From positions 37,758,001 through 37,822,000 of the forward strand of contig JBITNC010000002.1 in assembly GCA_050084985.1 (NCBI GenBank): a DNA stretch of 64,000 nt, written 5' to 3'. Below are positions 26,901 to 39,611 of the stretch, piece after piece. The position numbers were made by a program, and so were the translations under genes. The notes under the pieces are model-generated. The model had not been told where the DNA came from. It was given only the letters and a program-made list of their open reading frames with translations, and made no database searches. Each line of letters opens with the position of its first letter. Positions within the stretch are counted from its first letter, which is position 1. The DNA comes from Nageia nagi. Its lineage: Eukaryota > Plantae > Pinophyta.

Positions 26901-29900
26901 TAGTGACTTGTTTTGGTCATATGTGACCATCAGTAAAACGTATTGCTTCCATTCTTTCTTTTTCAAAATCCTCTTGTATTTCTTCTTTGTAAATGAATAT
27001 TGATCTGTTGCCAAATGCTTGAAATTATTCATAACCATAATACTGTTGCCCGTACCTTCTACTTGAAATGCATTCACAGTTGTATCAATGAAGACTGAAA
27101 CTAAATGAAAAATTTTGTGATCCTCTGATTATTCTCGACATCTAAAGCTCTTTAAATTTTGATTTGAAAAAAGTTGTCAACTGCCATAGATAAGTTCAAA
27201 TTATCTTCAATTCTTCACTATTCAACAAAATTGACCAATTCTAATGGATGCACTTATGGAAATTGTATGAATAACTTTTGCATGCCATTTCATTATGCTT
27301 TCAACTCTTCAGTGTGGAATCCTCTGCTTCCACGAAGCTACTTTGTTATGTCCTCCTAATAAGTTCAGATGGGTTTACATTTGTGTATGGACACTAGCCT
27401 GTCAAAAAACGGGAACAATATGGCACCATCTTAGAATGTAATTCACAACATAGTTTGAAGATGAACAAACGTATTCAATTGCAGAAACCTTGTAAGATGA
27501 ACAATATTAATGTTAAAGAGGTTGGAATCTGATTTGGTGGTAAATGTAATTCCTAAAAATGGTGTTCTTGTTGCATTAACCCAGATGTTAAACCCTTTCA
27601 CAAAGCTATAGAATTCTCTGTTTCAATTGTCAATGAGGGACGTCTAATACCATAATCATAGCTGCATTTTAAGATTTCTTCCTTGGCCTGGTGGACTTCT
27701 TGAGATGCTTATGGTGAATCTTCGTAGTTCTCCCCAAGCCCTTCCGTCCACCCATGCCAATAGAAAGCAAGAAAGGTACACCTAGCAGCTTGAAGACATA
27801 TGGACAGTAACTCCTTTCAGAAATTACTGTTTTTACTTTGTTGGACATAGGAAATTAAAGATTGGTTTTGTGAAATGAAATGAGGTTTTAATAAGATTTG
27901 AATGTAATAAATATTTGCAATAGCTGGCCACCCATAGAAGATGAATTGGTAAAGTGGGCAGTTTCTATAGTAGAGATCTAAGTTCAAATCCCACCACCAT
28001 TTCTGTGATTTATTTGTACTACACTACCTGTGCATGCTTGGGTCGCTAAAAAGATAATGTGCCAGGGTGGGGGACCCATGGACAACCCCTGATATATAAC
28101 AAAAAAGCAAGGATTTATAGGCTGCAATCATAACAACTCACACTCTTTCTTCTTTGCAAAGGAAATAAAATAAATAGATAAATGATCCTTAAGCTTAATA
28201 TCATGTACTGTATGCAGCAATGTGTATATGAGGACATGTGCTCCTGCTTAAGAATTTGCATAGAAATTTGTATGTAAAGGAAAAAAGACATTTTAAAGAG
28301 AATTAGTGATTAGAAGAGATTGAGTTTCAAAAACATACCAGGTAAGTGCATAGTTCAAATGATCCTGCGGCATAACTGAGTAACGAATGAAAGTACTCAC
28401 ATCCTTAGGAACAGGATATGGATTGCTAGGATCAACAGTTCCCTCAATTTCTTCAACGTAAAATGTATTTTCAGGAAGTCCAACTGTCCGACACATGGCT
28501 GGCACATCCACATAAAACCACTGACCAGATTCAGGATCATTTGGAGGCACGAAAATGCTTGGGCTTTCACTTCCTCGTATAACTCCAATGATTTTTACAA
28601 CTTGAGGCTCAGATTCCATGTCCTAAGGGGCAAAAATGACATGACATTTAGTAATTAAAAAAACATTAAGATAAACAAAGCTGAACAACTATTAAATCTA
28701 ACATGCCATTATGTAAGAACAGTAAACCTTTCTCCATATATTCATAGAGACAACCAAAGAAACCATATAGAACATGCTGATGTTAATATTAAATTTAATA
28801 AATAAGTTACAATAAAATATCATGCTAATCATTTGCTTGATAATATAGGTAAAAAAGCAATAACTCTCCCTCAAAAATGATGTGCAAAGAGAAGACCTTC
28901 TCATTAACAGGTTGTTTGACCCAGAACTTCCACCAGGAAACTTCTTTAGTTTTACCCTTTTGATTTAATGTTGGTTTTGGGAGTAGTTTGGCATCTTTTG
29001 AGCTTTCAAACGATTTGTCTCTCCAACTACGTGGAACCCATCCTCGATTAACCAGTACAGGTAACTGCACACTAGCATAAATCTTATTTTAAACTCGGTC
29101 CTTAAAATTCAAAAAAACATTCTAATTCTGTCCATAATATACGCTGAATATAATACACAATCAAATTGATAAAAACAAAGAGTACAAACAAAGAAGGCAA
29201 TATTTAACTTAAGAGAAAACTGGTTCATCAAGTAACATAACTACAGAAACTAAAGCAAGCTCATTTGCTCTATAAGAAGAAAAACTATTAATCATATCTA
29301 AGTTGTTAAATCCAAGATGACAAAACAGTATATGATATATTAACTAAACATAAATAAAATAAAGAAAAGTTTGAGAATAGTCTATGTACAATTTTAATGC
29401 AAAATATGCATCCTAAAAGTATTAAATATGTAGAAATAAGAATATCTTTCTAAATAAACCTTTGGATGGATATTTCCCATAATTGTTCAAAATTAAAAGA
29501 ATGGGCTTTAAATTTCTATTCAATTCATGAAGAAATTAGAAAATGAACATATGGTTTGAAAACCTTTTCAAAGCAAATTTCATTAAAAGAGAAAATGTCA
29601 GCTAAAAAGGGAGAAACAATCCTTGGCCAATGCGGATAGGCATGAAAAGAAACTTCTGTGTATCCGTGATATAATAAGTGAAAAAAGGCTACAAAGGGCT
29701 AAGGTGAGATGAACAGAAGTAAGGTCTTCTTGGCTTCAAAATGGACAATTGATAGGTAGCAAAAGGCCACCCCAGCCCAGCTGAGACTACTTATCTTCTC
29801 AAAACATGAGAGTAAGATGGTATCATATATATATATATATATATATATATACTGAGTTCTCATTGATATAATCACTATCTTATGTTTGTCATTTCTCTCT

Positions 29901-32900
29901 TATTTCTACTGTCTGCAACTTATTTTCTTTTAGCATTTATTTTGACAGAAAACTCACATCAACCCATAAATTCTTCACTGAATGCAAATGAATCCAAGGA
30001 CAAGACCCTCATTGTAGGAAATAGTAATATTGTCTCAAAATCATTAAACCTTCAGATTTTCTGCATACAAGCTATCACAACGCAAATGAAAGCTAAACCA
30101 AGAACTACGTAATGCATGAAAGAAACAAAGAAAACTAAATACTAATCCAAAAGAAAAGATGCTGAACAGAGCTACAAGACAATACATAGCACAAAAGGTT
30201 TTGACATGAAATAAGCCCTAATATTTATAGTTACCAACACTTCACTCCAAGTAAGAGATTCCAGAGGCCTGCTACACTAAAGTGATACGCTGACAGATGG
30301 CTTGCATGTCTAATTTTATATAAGAGAACTTTAAATATCCAAGGTAGCATATTCTCTTTACATGTATTTTGTAGTATTCCGAACTAGGGCAAGCACAATT
30401 TACAGCAAAATAGCAAATTTCCAATTCTACCTTATTTCTCCAAACTTGGATAAATTTCCAAAATTACCAAATTATGCCCTAACTCATGCAGAATATTTAA
30501 ATAACTCATATAATTGCCAATTATGCTCATAAAATTAGGACGAATTAGGAAATTGCTCAAAATAGGGCAATCTCATGCAAGTGCTCAAAATATTGAAAAT
30601 TAGGCAATTTACTCAAGCGCACAAGCATACAGAAATTGAGGCATAGTAGTGGAGATAAAATATTCAATAAATACCGATATTCTCATAAATGCTCAACGAA
30701 CCAAGATTGTGATCTCAAAGTGCTTTCCAAGAGGTGATGTCTCACCAGGGAGCTAGAATCACTAAATGAAGATGCCAAACTTCGCCAACTGTGTCCTTGA
30801 GGCTGAACATCTCACTCCTAAGGCTTGGATGGGATTCCAAGATCCACTCTTCAGCTTCAAAGCTCAACGAACAAGGGTAGATCTTCACTCGAACGCTCCA
30901 AGGCTTTCGAGGCTAATTTTCTGAATAAGTGTGGCGCCAGGGCCTAGTTGATCAACTTGAGGGTTTTCGTCCATGAGGTGGTGTTTCTCCTTAGGGTTTT
31001 CGTCCTTCAAAGAGAGAGAAGCTTGCGCTCCAAAAAGGTGGTTTAAAAGATATCATAACATGCTTTGAGTCATGCGCTCATCTCCCTTTTATAGTGCTCC
31101 TTTGGAGAAGCCTAATTCTATTTTGTGGTTGGTCGACCCAACCTAGACATAGAATCACTCCTAATTACAAATTAGACCTTTCTATATTGGATCCTCAAGA
31201 TTGAAGAGTAAACATGGTCCTTAATTGATAAATATGGCCCACATCTATTAATAAAATATAAAAGACTCCTAATTAGACTTAACTGACTCAAAATACACCT
31301 AAAGGTGAAACGTCCACCCTTAGAGTGCTCAATTACTCATTTTTGCATCTAAGAATGAAGCATCCAACATCATAGGGTTAAAATATTATTTTTGTGTGTC
31401 CCAACAACATCAAACTTTACAAAATATTAAAATAATCCTAGTTACTAAAAATTCACAAAGATGTGCATCCCATTTCAAGAAGAACGGAGAAATTGAACGT
31501 TGTAATATTAGGATATTACATATTTCTTGTATGTGCCATATATTCCACTCTATGCTCTTACAGTTATTATTTTCTACACCTATATTCTCTTATAATAATG
31601 TGTGCCATGTATCCACTCCTTATAATGGTGAGTACATAACACGATCATAGAAGAATATGACATTGTCAACTCTAGCTTCCACAAGAGTGATTCCATCTTA
31701 TTGTTCTTATCACATGCAATGTGCTCCATGCTCAAGGAAGAACACTCAATTGTTATACCTTCTATATGAATGTAATCATTGAAAACTCCCCTCGAGTGTA
31801 ATTGGAAGAACCTCCTATTCACCAAATGTAAAAGAATCCTCAATAATAGTGACCATCCTATCCTACAATAAATTAGAATCTAAAGCAATGTCCTCCTAAA
31901 ATATGGATAAGGCACGCAATCAATATGGCTCACAACAACTACAACATTTGTCCTCAACACTAGTTCAAACCAACAAAGTTGACAATTAAATCCATGGAGA
32001 AGCCCTCATCCCAACTGTCCCTAGAATAAACATTCAAATAAATGGTGCCACCCTCATTCTCAAATATTTCCTCCATAGAGGATTCAATAGATGGGTAAAA
32101 CAGGTGATCAAGCTCTTACACAAATACTCAACAAAAGAAGATGGATCCAAACCAACCCAATACTCAATTCTGATGGATCCAAACCAACCCAACACTCAAT
32201 TCTAAGTCTTGACCTCAAATCCCAACAAGAGGACATGCCAAACTTATTTGAGATAAGATAGAAGAGGTATGAGCCTTGGTAGTTGGTACTAGCAATCAAT
32301 GCTTTCTTGATCTGGTCTTGGTCCAATTCACAACCACTGTATTCGATATAGGACTCAGAAGTGGCCAATTCTATTTTCTGCACCCTTTCTTTCAAATCCT
32401 CCAATCATTGAAAACAATATCTTCAACATGTCCTGGTTTTTTGAAAAATGTGCAACACTCCTTGTTCTTAGATGTTGATCTTTCATCATTTCCTTGGTCT
32501 CTCTTATCCTTGACCTTTGAAAAGTACTCGCCTTTCATTCCATGATGATGTTGAGCGTTCTGCTGAGTTTAATGAATTTCAAAAACATGGTCTTGGACTC
32601 CACTCTGTTCTTGAAATCTGCAAACTTCCATAGTTCCCTTGTATGCAGTCATATATATTTGAAGCTTTTTCATTATAGGAAATTTTGCAATGACGTTCCT
32701 TTTGAGAATGGATTTAAGATTATTTACAAAACATAAATTCCTTTGGCATTGTAGGAAGAATATTCTCAATAACTTTTTCACTTTTTGTTTACTCTCCTCC
32801 GGGTGACTTGAGAACTGATTGTAATTGATAAATTTTGTTATATAACGAAATCACAGAATAAAGTTTTGAAGCCATAGTTGAGTTATCTGCGCTCAAATTT

Positions 32901-35900
32901 TGGCCACCTTCTTAAGCCCAGCCACCACGTGTCTCTTTTAGCCTTTCCCAAAGCTTAATTAGTTCCCTCTCTTTGTGAAAATTATAAAGAAAATCAAATT
33001 CCATACTTACATTGAAATTCATAAAAGACTTGCTTGTCCCTCTGTACTGGGAGTGCAACTAGTCTTTGATACAATTTAAGGGATAAGGGTGTAAAGTATA
33101 GCACATTCATAAGATTATCTCTCCAAGAGTCATGGTTCTCCCAATTGAGCTTCTGAACATCTTTCAAAGCATCTGATATCATGTGCAAAACAAGACACCA
33201 CTGACCGAAACAACGCACACCAGATCATAGGCCCCAAAATTGTGTCATCTCTATAATTTGATGAATCCATGTGGCATAACAAAATTGATCGTAAAAGCTC
33301 CTCTTGAAATATATTACTTTTTAAAACAAAATTCTTAAGCACAGTCCTAAAACAAATGCTAAAAAGAAGCCAAACAGGTAAGAGCCTTTACACTATGTAT
33401 ATATAAAAAACTACTATTACCAAGTTGTCCACAACTTCGGTTGCCCAAGGTTCATGTTGACACGAACCATAGGCACTCTCAACTAAAGAAAATGAAGGGG
33501 GCAATAACTTGAACCCAAACGTCCTTGCAGTTGCCCAAGCACCAAGGGTGCTATGCTAAGGGTACTTGGCTAGAAGCCTTAGGGTGTTCAATAAACAATA
33601 ACATGGAACCATCATTGGTGACCAAGGGCCTTGAACATCCTTTGCACCATCCACTGGACAACCTCTAGATATGCCTGAAAACCACAATATGGATGCTGCA
33701 AAATTGATTTAGGATGCCTATAAACCACTCATGACTGCCAAAAATTATTATACAAAGAGAACAAAAAATGGCTTTGGTTCACCATAAACCATCTTAGTCC
33801 AACAAAAACTACCAATTGCTAACAAGAAACCATCTAAAGCTCACATTCCAATACTCGTACACTCAAAGCCACATTAAGTGGAAGGGGCAAGGCCTAATCC
33901 TAAGACCAAATATTCAAGATTTCTCCTTAGAAATGGCCAAATTGGCAAAAGTGCAAAATCGGGTCCTCCTCTCAAAGTTTCACATACAATCCCGTGGTGT
34001 AATATATCTCAAAATTTCTGTGCATATTTCAAGATACTATGGATTTGGATTAAAAAAAAAGAATATTTGCAATAACTTGGACATTGAACGTCAAATCTAG
34101 TCAAAATGTAAATGAAGCTTGGTGCACCTGATTTTGTACAAGAGTATTGATCAATTATGCAACAGCCCTCCCAAAAATGTAGAAAATGTGTCAAGATATA
34201 ATATCAAGTAGGATATAGCAATGAAGTCCAAAGATCATCAAACCTCCAAATCTTCAACATATAAGCAATAACAAACCGTCACAAATAATTAAAGCTAAAT
34301 AGAGAACTCCATGAAGCACAAAAACAAAGCACTATACAGAACAATGCTAGTATAGAAACCCCATAGGGGCAATGTCTAAATAATAATGGAGAAGAAGGAT
34401 GCATCCTAGAATTTCTAACAACGATGTGATGAAATTGTTCAAATGTCAGGTCATTTCAACATTTAGAACCAGAAATAGTCTGTTAAAGATTTTTCGTAAG
34501 TTGTAAATATTGAGAGATTTATGTAGAATTTTCACAAGCCTTCTCCATTTTTAGAATCTTTTCAAAAATGTTTTGCATTTTTCAATAATCATGCATTCAT
34601 GATTAGACTTTGTTTTTACCATTTTTATTGATCTTAAGAGATTTAGGGTTTCAAAATTTAAAACAAGAAAAAAACTTGTTGGCATTCTAAGATAGGTCAC
34701 ATACATACTATATGCTTTGTTTCCCTATTGGAGGTATGTCTATGGTTTGTGGGGTTGGCACATGGATGGAAGGGCAGATGTCTTTGGTATGACCCCAACC
34801 CTTTCTTTTGGTGTCTATACAACAGTTTGAGTGGTGTTTTCTGATGAATATGATTCAATCCAACAACTCAGACTTCAAGCTTGACTTGGAGGTCCAACAT
34901 ACTTGCAATTTTTCAACCACCCATCAAATTTCTCTGGGCTGAGCTCTCCACAGTAGACTAGTATATCCAATCTAACCTCCATCTTAAATGGCTCTAGTGC
35001 TACAAGTTGAGGTACAGAAGTAGAGGATGAATCTTCTTTCTCCTTAGACAATTTGTCACTACCCATGGTGTACTTCTCAATATCTTCTTTATCTAAAAAC
35101 TTCTCCATCAGATGTTGAAGATTTCACTCCATGACCAAGAAATGCCGTTCGACCTCCTATGTAGGCATTGTAGTCGTTTTCTCATAACTCTCCTTTTCCA
35201 TTACAGAAGTTCTTCTTAGTTGCCTAGCTTCTGGATCGTATGGAAGTAATTTACTACATAATGGTCTTCTACCCTGCATGCACCATCTGTAGAAAGAACT
35301 TTGTTTTGATACCAATTGATCTATAATTGAGTGCCATAACTATGGACTCATTCCATCACTTACAGATTTTTAAAGATTTTAATTACTACACCAAGAGGCA
35401 TCCTACAGTGGCAGCCAGGGGTAGAGCAAAGACCCGAATGTCTAGTTGTCAAACTTTTTTAAATAATAAAAAATGAATATTGGTCAACTAGTAAATTTGA
35501 AATTATTAAAATTAACTATAACAAATTTAGAATTATAATAGTTCAACTATATTTAAAAAATAATTGAAAAAAATAAAACATTTAAATAAACAATTAAACA
35601 TTTAAAAAATAATAAGAAGAATGAGCCAACATTAAGAAATTAATCCACAACTCTTTTTTTATATTTAATTATTATTTTTTTTATAAAGAATGTGTGAGGT
35701 ATTTATTGTATTTTTATTTATAATTTTTGTTATGTTTTTATTTAATAATATTCTATTAAGGTATAAAAATGTTTAAGATAGATGCTACGAGAATGATACC
35801 TCTCGGCATTTTCTAGACATATATTTAAAATATCTAAACTAGTTTACATAGAAAGGAGCAATTATCTAGTGTTTAATGGCTAATCTATCATAATGACAAG

Positions 35901-38900
35901 AATGCAAAGATTCACAATTTGCCAACAAATAGCAATCAACACATACATAATACTAAGAAAACAAGGATTTGTAGTGGTAAACCCCAATCGAGTAAAAAAA
36001 ACCATTGTCAAAAGAACTGAATTATATTACAAATACCCTTAATCCTTACAATTTTACAATCTATTCTCCAAAATCACTTGCAGCCTCACGATTTTTGGTG
36101 AATTCTACAAAAATCCTTGCCATCTATGTTCTGCCAAAAGATCTTCATGTCTTCTGATGATACATATTTGTATCTTGTTGATCTGTCACTAATTTTCAAG
36201 TAACAGTCAGTTCACAACAAGATTTATTTTTAAGCTAAAACTGTTCAAATTCCAACTAAATTTAACTAATGATAGTCTCTTCAGTTTCCCGAGTACCACC
36301 GTTAATAGATGTCATTGTCCGTTAGAATCTCACTTTTGTTATTGATTCTCCCTCTGCTAGCCAGTGGCAATTTTCAAGCATTCTCCTAGTACCTTGTCAC
36401 CACATCGCCACTATCAATCATCATGAAGTCAAATGCCACCACATACATGACTAGCCTTTCGCCACACTTCCCATGAATCACTAATCACCATGTGCAATAG
36501 TGTCGCTAAGCTTAATTTACCACATTGGTTCATTAGTTAAGAGATACTTTTGCCATGTTCGCCAGGATAAAAACCTTTTTTGTGGTCTTGGATTACCAAG
36601 ATAAAAAAACTTAACAATCTCATATCAATCACCAGGATAAAAACCTTGACAATCTCATATCAATTACCAGGATAAAAACCTTAATGATCTCATATCAGTC
36701 GCCAGGCCAAAGACCTTAACAATCACATCTCATTTGTCAAGATTCATCAAGTTCATCAGGATTGCCAAGATAAAAACCTTAACACTTTTGGTCATGAACT
36801 TACTATGATCAATTCTTGACCACATGGGATACAAAACCGATATGTAGTTCAATTGTCGAAAGACTCGGAACAACTACAGAAGCTAAAGAGTTTCTGAACA
36901 GGTACACATTTACATTGGCTTTCAAAATAAGATCAGAGAGACTGCACGTAAATCTATACAGCATATGTCCTCTAAACAGCATACACCTCCACTCTGAGAT
37001 ATCCTGATATGCATTCCCATGCAGAAATAGTTGGCCATATTCACACCTATCATTTTGTAATGACCAATACTTTCACAATACAAAGATATGTACCATTACA
37101 GTTCTTAGAGCTAGCATACATCTCTATGAAAATTTTAATTGTATAATTTCTTAAATCATCCATGCACTTGAAATATCTGCCAGAACCAGCTAGGATCCAG
37201 ATCATTATTCTTGTCAACTGCTAATGCAGATAAAGTAAAGTCATAATTGCATTGAAAGTAATAGTGCCATATATATGAAGAAGTGTATAGTCTGCACCAA
37301 ATAAAAATAATTGCAAAACATCAAGGTTAACACCATTTCAGTGCAACTACATAAATCAGAGATAATACATTTGAAGTCCCTGTGATCTTATTCTCCTAAA
37401 GCTGCAATGTCACCTACCAATCAGACCATACAGTTTTACCATGCCTAGAAATACCAGCAAATATAACATTTTACCTGTAATCCATAATAAAAAACGTTCT
37501 GAATGGGAATGAATGTTGCATTTCTGCTGGAAGACAATACCTACCTTTCATTGTTCTTCTGCACAGGAATTAGAGGTGTCACTACATAATATCCATTTTC
37601 TGTTATTCCAGAAACAACTCTCGAACGAGGACCAACATAAATTGATCGACCCTCATCATAAACACCTTTACAGACCACCTTCCTGAACTCTAACGAGTTC
37701 AAGTTTGCCTCTGATCGAGAATCCAAAGCATTTGAAAGAATATTGGTCAAAGGGACCGGATCTTGCTCCAAACTCTTTTGTCTATGCTCAAGCAACTCTA
37801 TCTGCTCCATATTCAGACCAACAATAGACACATGTCAGAACCAATCAATAATAAAATTGTGTCTACTAAAAACAAAGTTCACAATCCATGTTTGTTTTAC
37901 ATATTTTAGAAAGAAAAAAATAAGTCGCACCACTCTATACATAGCTCAAGTGTACTTTTAATCTTTGCACACTCATGCAGAGCAAGCCTGGTGGGTTTTA
38001 ACCTGGCTCATTGGGAAACAGAAGTCCAACTTTCATATCATAATTCACGATGCAAAGGTAAAGGTCTAAAAAAACCCAAATAAGCATTGCTTTTATTCAT
38101 AATGAAAGGCCATTTCTGTACGTGTGAGAAGCTAACTTAACCAGAGATTATACCAGGGCTAAACACATTATACAATTCATGTTTGTCTAGATGAGGTCTG
38201 GTTGTAAGGACCCCTTCACCATAAGGTCACAAAGGCTCTAAATACAGATCAACAGGTAATACTTTCTCTTCACAGCAGGAAGTCGATTATATAAAAGAAA
38301 TTATTTTTAGTTCATCTGACACACCATTATGAGAATAGGAGAAATTTTCACTTCACCGTATATGTATTTGTTCAAATTGACAACTCCATGCCGTTGGAGC
38401 ATATGATCAAACGTTGGAGATTACACCCGTGCTTAACATTTTACAAATGCACAATGGATGAATTATGATCCAGAAGAAAGTTGAGGACTTCTTGCGAATG
38501 TGAATCAAGTTCAAATCATCGATGATTTGCTCCAAAAGATTGTACAGAGATAAAGTATAGACTTGAAAAATGGAGTTTAAATGGGTGTTTTTAAAAAATA
38601 AATATAAATAAAGCAATGTGCATGCTTGTGGAAGGTTATCCCAACCAGTGTTTTCAAAATAAACAGTTGAATAAATAGATAAGAAAGAGAGAGAAAATGC
38701 ATAAATACATATATATGGTATGCATTTTACCTTTTCCTGGCGCCTGAATAGTTGCCAAGTTCCCAATCCAAAAGTTGCAGCCCCTGGTATGAAAAGCAAT
38801 AACCCTGACCACTTCCATTTCTCCTCCTCCTTCCCTGCATTCAAACCACCATTTCATACCTCATGTTTCAGATCAAAATCATTCTCCCTTGGACCTAGCC

Positions 38901-39206
38901 ACATGTTTTACTTGCAACGCAATGCTTGCCTGTGTTTTTTTATATCAGAGTCTATACAAAGCTACTGTAGGATATATATATATATATTGGAGATTTTCAT
39001 TTTTTTTTTAAGTTTACAAACAAAATCTGCATTTTTCTGATGTACCCACAAAAGTGAAATTAATGGGTATTACCTGATAACGTGGCAAAAGCAGCAGAGG
39101 TGTCTGCCCTCAAAGATTGAAATTGATTGGAATAGGGGCTTAGGGTTTTATTTAGTATCCAATATGTAAGCCTGCTTCCTCTACATCTCGTACTAAGCGT
39201 GGCCAT
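23973..39206 (-). CDS. SURF1: Surfeit locus protein 1 (SURF1/SHY1), mitochondrial cytochrome c oxidase assembly factor, 340 aa; exons 39206-39074, 38834-38731, 37801-37545, 29071-28897, 28622-28339, 24042-23973
   Basis: GT-AG junctions with consistent phases give a 1023 nt CDS; SURF1 motifs TFGLGTWQLFRRQEK, GYYVVTPL, VLVNRGWVP, WFYVDVPAM, HLNYALTWYTLS; presequence-like first exon MATLSTRCRGSRL. Confidence 0.95.
24540..27800 (-). other. Candidate endogenous non-retroviral (+)ssRNA virus replicase relic (SF1 helicase + RdRp) in SURF1 intron 5
   Basis: Minus-strand motifs in order: VIIGLGNG(K S after removing 1 nt) 26338-26308; IFIMDEAS 26109-26086; GDLSQ 26010-25996; TIHT/GQE near 25650-25630; SSQ...IPDEFIGRNLSIK...FQLMGGRTHIWGAK 25225-25010; SGDDS 24950-24936. 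Boundaries approximate. Confidence 0.65.
25230..25324. repeat. Perfect 40-bp tandem duplication (2.3 copies)
   Basis: gatggtaaggaagtagttttagaatataaaattaatctaa repeated exactly at 25230 and 25270, partial third copy. Confidence 0.95.
27926..28107 (+). mobile_element. Putative tRNA-derived SINE
   Basis: Box-A-like tagaagatgaattgg near 27935, box B gttcaaatcc 27982-27991, ~180 bp body ending in an A-rich tail; no clear target-site duplication. Confidence 0.45.
29826..29851. repeat. (AT)n microsatellite
   Basis: Direct reading; within SURF1 intron 3. Confidence 0.9.
30370..35410 (-). mobile_element. Degenerate Ty3/gypsy sequence in SURF1 intron 3
   Basis: PBS-like gttttgatacca 35303-35314; gag fragment (FKMEVRLDILVYCGELSPEKFDGWLK, 34875-35108); integrase-like remnants 33000-33700; LTR-like block about 30370-31640. 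May be more than one element. Confidence 0.7.
35893..36790 (-). mobile_element. Probable solo LTR with internal ~35-bp tandem repeats
   Basis: Starts tgaca, ends ttaaca; contains gtggtaaaccccaatcgagtaaaaaaacc, a motif typical of plant LTRs, and repeats of ccaggataaaaaccttgacaatctcatatca (36560-36790). No TSD found. Confidence 0.45.
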
Positions 39207-39611
39207 AAGAGTATATTCTTGTACCAGATTACTTCGCTCTAATGTTGGTTACTGAATCTGTGGTGTACCAATCATTTACAATACCAGGTAGTGATCTTTA
39301 CAGTGGTTTTTCCTTCATTTGAATTTGCAGAACACTATGATCTTTCGCCCTTAGGAGAGAGATTCGACGTAGATGGTCTTGAGCTTGAATTTTTTCCTTC
39401 GAATATTTCAAAGCGATCATACGGAAGGATTGTTTTGTTGATAGTGAAGTTGAAGACTAAGGTTCTTATATACTTATTTTTATTTATTAATATTTTACAA
39501 CTAAGGATCTTAAATACTTATTTTTATTTATTAATATTTTTAATAACTTGGAGCCGTAGAATTATCATTTCAAGTATGGAATTATATTTTAGTTCATGCA
39601 AATAATAATTA

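Noticed and set aside
26512-27003. 163-aa hydrophobic plus-strand ORF as a membrane protein
   Set aside because: T-rich antisense reading of the A-rich virus-like strand; no recognisable family.
38407-38730. C-terminal extension of the 145-aa ORF 38407-38844
   Set aside because: Read-through into SURF1 intron 2; the exon ends at the GT donor at 38730.
14402-39206. Functional clustering of PPR and SURF1 as mitochondrial genes
   Set aside because: PPR genes are numerous in plant genomes, so adjacency is expected by chance; PPR targeting is unverified.
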